From Macrostomum lignano (Eukaryota): a DNA stretch of 33,369 nucleotides. A model generated the notes under the pieces. That model saw nothing but the letters and a program-made list of their open reading frames with translations, ran no database searches and was not told where the DNA came from. Positions 22,420 through 32,272 of the stretch are shown here, in pieces. The DNA lies in assembly GCA_002269645.1 (NCBI GenBank), contig NIVC01000447.1, positions 1 through 33,369 of the forward strand. Direction: 5' to 3'. Position 1 is the stretch's first letter, and every line of letters starts with the position of its first letter. A program made the translations under genes and the position numbers.

Positions 22420-24518
22420 TATTAGGCATACAGGGAGGGCACTATTAGGCACGCAGGGAAGGCACTATTAGGCACACCGGGAGGGCACTATTAGACGTAC
22501 AGGGAGGGCACTATTAGACATACAGGGAGAGCACTATTAGGCACACCGGGAGGGCACTATTAGGCACACCGGGAGGGCACTATTAGGCACACCGGGAGGG
22601 CACTATTAGGCATGCAGGGAGGGCACTATTAGGCATGCAGGGAGGGCACTATTAGGCACACCGGGAGGGCACTATTAGGCATGCAGGGAGGGCACTATTA
22701 GACATGCAGGGAAGGCACTATTAGGCACACCGGGAGGGCACTAATTAGGCATGCAGGGAGGGCACTATTAGACATACAGGGAGGGCACTATTAGGCATGC
22801 AGGGAGAGCACTATTAAACACACCGGGAGGGCACTATTGGGCACACCGGGAGGGCACTATTAGGCATGCAGGGAGGGCACTATTAGGCATGCAGGGAGGG
22901 CACTATTAGGCATGCAGGGAGGGCACTATTAGGCACACCGGGAGGGCACTATTAGGCATGCAGGGAGGGCACTATTAGACATGCAGGGAGGGCACTATTA
23001 GGCACACCGGGAGGGCACTATTAGGCATGCAGGGAGGGCACTATTAGACATGCAGGGAGGGCACTATTAGGCATGCAGGGAGAGCACTATTAAACACACC
23101 GGGAGGGCACTATTAGGCACACCGGGAGGGCACTATTAGGCATGCAGGGAGGGCACTATTAGGCATACAGGGAGGGCACTATTAGGCACGCAGGGAGGGC
23201 ACTATTAGGCACGCAGGGAGGGCACTATTAGGCACGCAGGGAGGGCACTATTAGACATACAGGGAGGGCACTATTAGGCACGCAGGGAGGGCACTATTAG
23301 GCATGCAGGGAGGGCACTATTAGGCACACCAGGAGGGCACTACTAGGCACGCAGGGAGGGCACTATTAGACATACAGGGAGAGCACTATTAGGCACACCG
23401 GGAGGGCACTATTAGGCACACCGGAAGGGCACTATTAGGCACACCGGGAGGGCACTATTAGGCATGCAGGGAGGGCACTATTAGGCATGCAGGGAGGGCA
23501 CTATTAGGCACACCGGGAGGGCACTATTAGGCATGCAGGGAGGGCACTATTAGACATACAGGGAGGGCACTATTAGGCACACCGGGAGGGCACTATTAGG
23601 CACACCGGGAGGGCACTATTAGGCACACCGGGAGGGCACTATTAGGCATGCAGGGAGGGCACTATTAGACATGAGGGAGGGCACTATTAGACATACAGGG
23701 AGGGCACTATTAGACATACAGGGAGGGCACTATTAGACATGAGGGAGGGCACTATTAGACATACAGGGAGGGCACTATTAGACATGAGGGAGGGCACTAT
23801 TAGACATACAGGGAGGGCACTATTAGACATGAGGGAGGGCACTATTAGACATACAGGGAGGGCACTATTAGACATGAGGGAGGGCACTATTAGGCACACC
23901 GGGAGGGCACTATTAGGCATGCAGGGAGGGCACTATTAGACATACAGGGAGGGCACTATTAGGCACACCGGGAGGGCACTATTAGGCACACCGGGAGGGC
24001 ACTATTAGGCACACCGGGAGGGCACTATTAGGCATGCAGGGAGGGCACTATTAGACATGAGGGAGGGCACTATTAGACATACAGGGAGGGCACTATTAGG
24101 CACACCGGGAGGGCACTATTAGGCACACCGGGAGGGCACTATTAGGCACACCGGGAGGGCACTATTAGGCATGCAGGGAGGGCACTATTAGACATGAGGG
24201 AGGGCACTATTAGACATACAGGGAGGGCACTATTAGACATACAGGGAGGGCACTATTAGACATGAGGGAGGGCACTATTAGACATACAGGGAGGGCACTA
24301 TTAGACATGAGGGAGGGCACTATTAGACATACAGGGAGGGCACTATTAGACATGAGGGAGGGCACTATTAGACATACAGGGAGGGCACTATTAGACATGA
24401 GGGAGGGCACTATTAGGCATGCAGGGAGGGCACTATCAGGCATGCAGGGAGAGCACTATTAAACACACCGGGAGGGCACTATTAGGCATGCAGGGAGAGC
24501 ACTATTAGGCACGCAGGG
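22420..24518. repeat. 22/23-bp minisatellite: constant core gggagggcactattag plus a variable 6-7 nt tail, in DIP2 intron 22310-24566
   Basis: About 90 copies. Tails are gcacacc, gcatgca, gcacgca, acataca, acatgca and acatga. Confidence 0.97.
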
Positions 24519-24566
24519 CATTAGACGCGCCAGACGATATTAATTGATAAAAGCAAGCAAGCCAAC

Positions 24567-25052
24567 CTCCAGAGCAGCCAGCATCTGGCCAGTCTCGGCA
24601 GTGGCAGTAGGCGGCGGTTCAACAGGTACAGGCACCACACCAGCCAGCTGACAGGCGGCAAAGGCGGTGGCCAGAGTGCACACATCAGATGCTGGCAACA
24701 GCAGAGCAGCCCGATCGCCTGGTTTCAAACTGCTCGAACCCTTGTGCCCGACCTTATTCAGCAGGTAATAAGCCAGTCTCCTAGAGGAGCTGTACAGCTT
24801 GGCGTAGGTCAGAGTGCGACCAGTTTTACCGTCGGCCTCCATACAGGTGATGGCCAGGGATTTGCCAGAGCCTTCGCCTGCGTGACGCTGCAGAGCTTCA
24901 TCAAATGTGCCAGGCAGACTGCTGGGGCTGTCCTCCGAATCAGCGAACTCTGCGCCCAGCACGGGCAGCGATTCGAAACCGCGGGCGGTGCCAACGGAGG
25001 AGGCGGTCGGGGAAGTCAGCAGGGGACGGCGTTTGAGGCGGGAAAGCGACTC
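24567..25052 (-). CDS. DIP2: DIP2 exon (ESLSRLKRRPL...TLTYAKLYSSSRRLAYYLLNKVG...LKPGDRAALL...VVPVPVEPP...MLAALE)
   Basis: Matches DIP2 TLTYGKLWSRSLKLAYTLLNKLG and LKPGDRVAL. Acceptor caacAG at 25054-25053 and donor GAG|GTTGGC at 24566. Confidence 0.94.
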
Positions 25053-25119
25053 CTGTTGGTGAGGGGTGCGCATAAATAATGCGGATGGATTAGACAGATA
25101 ATTTGGTAAAGTGAGATGA

Positions 25120-26360
25120 AGGGAGAGGAAGACAGGTAGAGGGTGAGAGAGAGAGACAGGTAGAGGGGGAGAGGAAGACAGGTAGAGGGGAGAGAGGGAG
25201 ACAGGTAGAGGGGAGAGAGGGAGACAGGTAGAGGGGGAGAGGGAGACAGGTAGAGGGGAGAGAGGGAGACAGGTAGAGGGGAGAGAGGGAGACAGGTAGA
25301 GGGGAGAGAGGGAGACAGGTAGAGGGGAGAGAGGGAGACGGGTAGAGGGGGAGAGGGAGACGGGTAGAGGGGAGAGAGGGAGACGGGTAGAGGGGGAGAG
25401 GGAGACGGGTAGAGGGGAGAGAGGGAGACGGGTAGAGGGGAGAGAGGGAGACAGGTAGAGGGGAGAGAGGGAGACAGGTAGAGGGGAGAGAGGGAGACAG
25501 GTAGAGGGGAGAGAGGGAGACGGGTAGAGGGGGAGAGGGAGACGGGTAGAGGGGAGAGAGAGAGACGGGTAGAGGGGGAGAGGGAGACGGGTAGAGGGGA
25601 GAGAGGGAGACAGGTAGAGGGGAGAGAGGGAGACAGGTAGAGGGGAGAGAGGGAGACGGGTAGAGGGGGGAGGGAGACGGGTAGAGGGGAGAGAGAGAGA
25701 CGGGTAGAGGGGGAGAGGGAGACGGGTAGAGGGGAGAGAGGGAGACGGGTAGAGGGGAAAGAGGGAGACGGTTAGAGGGGAGAGAGGGAGACAGGTAGAG
25801 GGGTAGAGGAAGACAGGTAGAGGGGTAGATGGAGACAGGTAGAGGGGTAGAGGAAGACAGGTAGAGGGGGAGAGGGAGACGGGTAGAGGGGAGAGAGGGA
25901 GACAGGTAGAGGGGTAGAGGGAGACAGGTAGAGGGGAGAGAGGGAGACGGGTAGAGGGGAGAGGGAGACGGGTAGAGGGGAGAGAGAGAGACGGGTAGAG
26001 GGGGAGAGGGAGACGGGTAGAGGGGAGAGAGGGAGACGGGTAGAGGGGAAAGAGGGAGACGGTTAGAGGGGAGAGAGGGAGACAGGTAGAGGGGTAGAGG
26101 AAGACAGGTAGAGGGGTAGATGGAGACAGGTAGAGGGGAGAGAGGGAGACAGGTAGAGGGGGAGAGGGAGACGGGTGGAGGGGAGAGAGGGAGACAGGAC
26201 GAGGGGGAGAGGAAAACAGATAGAGGGGAGAGAGGGAGACAGGTAGAAGGGTAGATGGAGACAAGTAGATGGGAGAGAGGGAGACAGGTAGAGGGGAGAG
26301 GTAGAGGGAGACAGGTAGAGTTGAGAGAGGGGAGTAGGGGTAGGAGACAGGTAGACCGAA
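25120..26360. repeat. Purine-rich 21-23-bp minisatellite gagacaggtagaggggagagagg in DIP2 intron 25053-26478
   Basis: About 55 units. It explains the Pro/Leu/Ser-rich front of the 574-aa ORF. Confidence 0.95.
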
Positions 26361-26478
26361 GATGGAGACAAGCAGAGGGCGCTAGAAAGAAAAAAAACTA
26401 ACAAACAGGCAGAAGACTGATAGCCACATAGGTAAGCCAGTGGAGATATATCAGAGCCCAGAGGCACAATAGCCTCAC

Positions 26479-26771
26479 CTGCAGCAGTTTAACCCGGCCA
26501 GAAACTGGCAGAGTGGCCGAGACAGGCGTCGACTCGGGCCCGAACCCGCCGTCAGCAGCTTCCAGAGCTTCGCTGGTCCGTCTGGAGTGCTGCTGCTGTT
26601 GCTGCTGCTGAAGCTGTTGATGCTGCAACATCAGCTGCTGCAGAGAGGCTGGCCGCCACTGATTGGCAGGTGTGCCCTGATAGACGTTGCCCTTGACAAT
26701 GTAGCATCCGGATGCTGAGGATGCGGCGTCATCTGATGTTGTAGCGTGCACTGAACTGGAACCATCCGGGT
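26479..26771 (-). CDS. DIP2: DIP2 exon 2 (D-PDGSSS...polyQ...GFGPESTPVSATLPVSGRVKLLQ); the acceptor may instead be at 26794-26793 (exon start 26792, same phase)
   Basis: PVSGRVKLLQ|ESLSRLKR aligns with DIP2 PVSSRVSTKIQQLLNTLKRPKR. Donor CAG|GTGAGG at 26478, and two phase-1 acceptors (ctctcgcAG, ttggcAG). Confidence 0.75.
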
Positions 26772-27419
26772 CTGCGAGAGAAGTGCTGCTGACTGCCAAT
26801 TGTTTAGAGGGGGGGGGTTTCCACAGGTTTGAATTTGACAGAATCATTATTTACTTTTTAATTTAAATTGACTGTCAGTGGCTTAAATTAGGTTTTAGAC
26901 TAAGGTTTAAGAGGTTGGAGCTAGTTTATTAGAATAGTGTTTAATTTAGGTTTAATGTGAGGGGTTTAAGATAGCAGTGAAGTTAAGATCTACAGTTAAT
27001 TTCAGCAGTCAATTGTTGTGGACCCTTCTAATTTGTATATAATTGGTACAACGAAACATCATTTTTATGATGTAAGATAGGACATAGGCCAAGCCAGTTC
27101 TATTTTGTAACCCTAAAATTTGGACTAAAAAATAAGCCACTACTATTATATTATGCATACAAGCTGTTGAAACCCGCGGATTTTGAACCCGGGAACTCTA
27201 TTCCCCGGAATTATTTTTGCATCCATTCTAAAATCGGAGTCAAACTCAAACAAAAACTTGTTAATAGTTGGATAGAGTTAAACATAAAATATATACATTC
27301 GTGTAAAATTAGGACATTTGAAGCAAGCATTGATATTGATATTGGCTGGGATGCTACACAGAGTGTCAGGCAAACTCTGGCCTCTGCCACTGCCTCTCCC
27401 TAATGTCCCTTGCATCCTT

Positions 27420-28419
27420 TGCAACTTCTATTTTCTCTTCTGTTTCCTATCTTCTCTCTCTCGTCTCTCGTCTCTTCTCTCTCGTCTCTCGTCTCTTCTT
27501 CTTTTCTCATCTCTTCTTTTTCTCTCCTCTCTCCTCTCTCCCCTCTTCTCTCGTCTCTTCCCTCTCCCCTCTATTCTTTTCTCTCTCCTCTCATCTCTCT
27601 TATCGTCTCTTCCCTCAACTCTCTTCTCTCTCGTCTTTGCTCTCTTATCTCTCCTTTCTCTTCCTTTATCTTCTCTCTTGTCTTTTTTCATTTCTCTCTG
27701 CTCTCTCTCCTCACATATCTCTGCTCTCTCCTCCATCTCTCTAATCTCTCCCCTCTTTCCTCTCCTCTCTCATCCTTTTCACCAATTTCCGCTGTCCTCT
27801 CGATTCTCTCCCCTCCCCTCCTCTCTCCTCACTCACTTCTCATCTCTCCCTTGTCTCCACTCATATCTTATTTCTTATCTCTCCTCTTTTCTCTCTACTC
27901 TCCCATCTCTCGCCTGTTTACTATCGTTTCTGCTCTCGCATCTCCCCTCTCTCATCTGTCATCTTTACTCTCATATGTTCTCTCACCTCTCTCCTCTTGT
28001 ACTCTTCTCTTTCCCCTTTTTGACTCAGGACTCTCTCTCCTTTCTTCTCTCTTCTCGTCTCTTCTCTTCTCTCTTCTATACTCTCTCCCTCTTTTGTCTT
28101 CTCTCTTCCCTCTCCACTTCTCTCCTCTCATATATCGTCTGTTCATTCTCATCTTTGCTCTCTCATTCCCCCTCTCTCTTCTGTCATCTCTACTCCCCTC
28201 TCTCCTGTGTACTCTTCTCTTTCCCCTCTTCTGACTTCTCTTTCCTTACTCCTCTCCTCTCTTCCCTCTTCTATACTCTCTCCCCTCTATTCTCTTCTCT
28301 CGTCTCTCTGCACCCTGCTGTGTATTCCTTAATCTCTCATCTCTACAATCTCATATCTTTCCTCTCTCCTTCTCTTCTCTTTACTCTATCATCTCTCCTT
28401 TCTCCTCTCTTCTTTCTCA

Positions 28420-28494
<75 letters not shown>

Positions 28495-28800
28495 TCTCCC
28501 CCCTCTTCCCCCTCTTATCTCCTCTCCTTGATCCTTTCTAATCTCTCCTCTCGATCCTCTCATCTCTACTCTCATCTCACTCTTCTCTACTCTCCTCTCT
28601 CATCGATCCTGTCTTATCTCTCCCCTCTTCTCACCTCTACTCTTTCCTCTCTCCCCTCGTCTCGCTTTTTCCTCGCATATTCTCTGCTCTCTCCTCACCC
28701 CTCATATCTCTTGTTATCTTCTATCATTTCTCTTATTCCCCTCTCTCTCGCCCCTCCTCTCTTTCCAACAGTCTATTCCTTCTCCTTTCCACTCTCATCT
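27420..28800. repeat. Polypyrimidine (CT-rich) low-complexity tract with a pure (CT)n core at about 28427-28488, in DIP2 intron 1
   Basis: About 1.4 kb made almost only of C and T on the plus strand. Confidence 0.95.
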
Positions 28801-29449
28801 GGCCCGTAGCCATGAGCTGGATTCTTTATCTGGCCTTTGAGATAAAAATCTGCCGATCCCTGCTTCGAAAGCCAGTTTGTGGGACGTAGTACTATCATGG
28901 TTGTTATCATTTCTCATGCTTTAATCACGTCATCTTTCTGGTCAATTAGCAGCCCTGAGAGAAATTTGTATATCTCCAGCTCCAACACAACAGTCTGCAG
29001 CAGTCTAACAACCATGGAAATACGCATTTCTTAGGAGGCCATTTAAATTTTAAAGTACCTTATGCGAATCCTAATGTTAAAATTTTCATGGTGTAACTAA
29101 TTTAGTAGGATTGCATTGTAATTGTAATCAGTTATTCATTAATTTTTCGATATTTTTACAAACCATCCCACATCGCCTTGATTTGCCATCCCTGTTTAAC
29201 TGCTGCAGACTTGTCTATTCAGAGGACAGTGGTTTGAAATTGAATCTCTCACTAAACTCTCTCCTCTCCACGCCTCTCCACTCGCGGGGTACAGAGAAGG
29301 CTATTAAAAAGTTATTCCAAAACACTGTACATTCGCTATGTACATTGAGCCCTATCGCCTGACCCTTCGTCTGGGGAATGAGTTGGATGAGCGGCAAAAA
29401 ACAGAAAAAGCAGACAAACTTCACATGCTTACAGTTTCTGTCCTGATTG

Positions 29450-30010
29450 AGATACAGAATTGAGACTTTACATGTAGACAGAGAATGAGTCAATAAAGAA
29501 TTGTGTCAAGTTTGAAGTCAATCGCTTTACGTGGAGCAAACTTATGGCAGCTGAAAGTTAGTCAATTTTGAAACCCTTTTACACATCTGGGCCCAGATCG
29601 GGAAAGAGAGGCAGGCGGGCGGAGGTTGGGGTGGTTGCTACGCTGAAAAAACAGCCTAACTTTAAAAGTGCACAGCACCGCTCAGGATTAACTTTGAGAC
29701 TCAAAATTTTACATGATTGTGCCAAAATAGTTTAAGATTATCTGTGTCAAATTTGAAGAGAATCGGTAGAAGTGGAGCGGCGCTATGGAGGATTAAGTGA
29801 AAAAATCGCGCATTTTGAGCAGTTTTTTGTACTTTTAGGTAGGAAGACTTGAGTCTAGGAAATTTAAAGGTAGCCTAAGACATTCTCCGTAGTAAGTTTA
29901 GGGTGGGTGTAAAGTTTGGTGTAATTTGGTTGAGCGGTTTGGGAGTCCATAGCGATCAAAATTGTCCACACACACACACACACAGAGTTTTGGTTTTTAT
30001 ATGTAGAGAT
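29450..30010 (+). mobile_element. Possible non-autonomous Helitron/Helentron-type (HINE/DINE-1-like) interspersed repeat
   Basis: Three diverged copies of a tgtgtcaaatttgaag...atcgg motif (about 29501, 29741, 29910), then ggttgagcggtttgggagtc, a (CA)n tract and the end ttttatatgtagagat. This layout is typical of such elements. No database search was done. Confidence 0.35.
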
Positions 30011-30051
30011 AATGTTCAGCATTAAAAATTAAAACAAAGATTTCTGCTTAC

Positions 30052-30064
30052 CAGACTCCTGCAT
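30052..30064 (-). CDS. DIP2: Tentative first coding micro-exon of DIP2 (M-Q-E-S + 1 nt)
   Basis: caccATG context, a consensus donor G|GTAAGC at 30051, and phase 1, matching both candidate acceptors of exon 2. No homology supports these residues. Confidence 0.45.
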
Positions 30065-31006
30065 GGTGATTTGCAGTGTTGTTGAATTCAAGGATATTAA
30101 TAAACTATAAGAGCTTTATTCAAATTGCCCTTAGTAATAATTATCCTTATGGTCTAAATAGATGTTGAACAAGCAGCAAAAATAAAGGAATAAGTTAATA
30201 AGAATAATAATTGACCAAACTATTGACCACTATACTATATAAATTATAATTTGTAAATACAACTAATGCTATTTATGATCTAGTTTATAGTCAAGGTACC
30301 TACTAAGAAAGTCAATTCCTTGCTGCTAAAACCTTGAAGTTTTGGATTTAGCTTACAATTTTTTTATTTTTAATATTCTAAACTATCGAGACTTTACTCA
30401 CATTTTATCTGCTAGACAATGCCCTCTGTAGCTAAGTCAAATAAGCCAAATTATTGAGATTAGGAAAAGTCTAGGATTTTGACTGATCTACAACCTAATA
30501 TGCAAAATTTGAAAACATTTTCTAGTTTTAAAATGTGTTTATTAAATAGAATATACATAGCCTTAATTGAAAAGCTAAAATAGTTATTATAATTTAAACT
30601 AAAGACAAGCTTTTTATTGTTAGAAAATGTAGAAGTGGTTAATAGTTTCTAGGAATATTACAGTTTGAATCTGCGCTAATAATTAGTTTTATTCTACAAA
30701 ATATTCTATATATTCTCAATATTTGATGTTTGTTAAAAAATACACACGTTCAAATAGTATAAATAGGAGAAGGCTGAGAGGAAGAAGAGACAATTCGTTT
30801 GCTAGCTATAAGCTCAAAACGTGTTCAATAAATCTTTCTCAGATCATTGTTCATTTCTAAGAGTATTGTGAAGAAGGTTGAAGGTTGCACTTAGGATTCA
30901 TGTAAAGAGAAGTACCAAGAGTAATCGCCGTGACCCTCTAATCTCAGTAACGCCCAGACTGGAGAGAGAAAGTACATATACCAATAAGACCACTCAGGCC
31001 ATATAC

Positions 31007-31090
31007 TAAGAACGCTACCAGACTAATACATAAGACGCTACCAGACTAATACATAAGATGCTACCAGACTAATACATAAAACGCTACCAG
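31007..31090. repeat. 23-bp tandem repeat taagacgctaccagactaataca, about 3.5 copies
   Basis: Direct reading. Confidence 0.85.
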
Positions 31091-31875
31091 TATACTCAAA
31101 TTAAATTATAAGAAACAGTTAGAAACATTAAGGCAAGATTTAGTTTCAGCAGTATAAGTTTAATAGAGGGAAATTGAAAACCTACGACAACTTTGGTGTC
31201 AGCAGTAGAATTAGTGAGATATTATTTAGAAGGAAGAATCAGCCCTGTGACAACTTTGGTGGCATAATGGTAGAATTTTATAGAGCCAAAAGGCCTGTTA
31301 CAACTTGGTGACAGCGGTGAGATTTTGTATCGTATGGGAATACCCCTGTTACAAAAAAAACATTACCTCTAAAAGTCTTATACTAATATGACCAAGAAAG
31401 AATTATTAAGAAAATTAATAGTGTCCTACCTTTTATATTGCTTCAAATAATACATAGGCCTAATTAAGATTTATATAGGCCTAGCAACAGACAGGCTAGC
31501 AATATGGCATATTGAACTATATATGTATTGAGAAGTGTATATTAAAAAATAGCCAATTATTGATACAGTAGTTTGCCAACTTAGTGGTAGCAGTGGCACT
31601 GGCACAGGGGGACAGTAGATGTTGCTATCCCTAGGTGACCACCCTCTTAATCTCTTGTCCCTACAAGGTGATCATCCTCTTATCTCTCTATGAGATAACC
31701 CACCATAATTTTTAGTATAAGCTTATAGTGACTATCTTAGGCCTATATAGAATTGTTCATTAAATTATTTTTTTCTCTTGAATTTGATTTTCTTGTTTTA
31801 TAGTGGCAAAAATATAAAACAAGTTAATAAATTAATAGTTTTTTAATATGTAGGCCTACTGGTAGCAAAATAATG

Positions 31876-32272
31876 TTCGAAGAGCTTGCGTGCACGGCCG
31901 CCGTTCACGTAAGCTTAGAATTGCGTGCACGGCAGAGCTATATCTTATAGGCTTATACAGTAAGTCATATACTATTCGAATTAATATTCAAGTTAAAAAA
32001 AAAACAATGAATTAAGATTACATTTGCAGTCCATGGTGTACGGGGGATAAAACGTTATAAAACAATATAGTAAAAATATTTTTTAATCAGGTTAGCCAAT
32101 GCCAATGTGTGGATTTAAAGGCCCAGTCCTGGCCAATTGCCGGCTGCCATGCACGCAATTACAACACTAGGTGTACGGCTGCATACATGCAAATAAAGCA
32201 CTAGGTAGATAGCCGCCGTGCACGCAATTCTGAGCTTACATGAACGGCTGCCGTGCATGTAAGCTCTTCGAA
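31876..32272. mobile_element. MITE-like element of about 397 bp with imperfect terminal inverted repeats of about 65 bp
   Basis: The left end ttcgaagagcttgcgtgcacggccgccgttcacgtaagcttagaattgcgtgcacggc matches the reverse complement of the right end (ttcgaagagcttacatgcacggcagccgttcatgtaagctcagaattgcgtgcacggc). The interior is AT-rich and non-coding. Confidence 0.8.

Noticed and set aside
25053-26264. Extensin-like Pro/Leu/Ser N-terminal 404 aa of the 574-aa ORF
   Set aside because: This part lies in the purine-rich array between a clear donor (26478) and acceptor (25053). Only 24567-25052 is DIP2-homologous. The long open frame follows from a nearly A-free sense strand.
27318-28809. Long hydrophobic Leu/Ser/Phe ORFs that look like membrane proteins
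   Set aside because: They are stop-poor translations of the CT-rich tract.
31170-31350. Three loose copies of acaactt(t)ggtg, and two loose copies of ggtgaYcaYcctctta near 31635-31685
   Set aside because: They are too short and irregularly spaced to support a feature.
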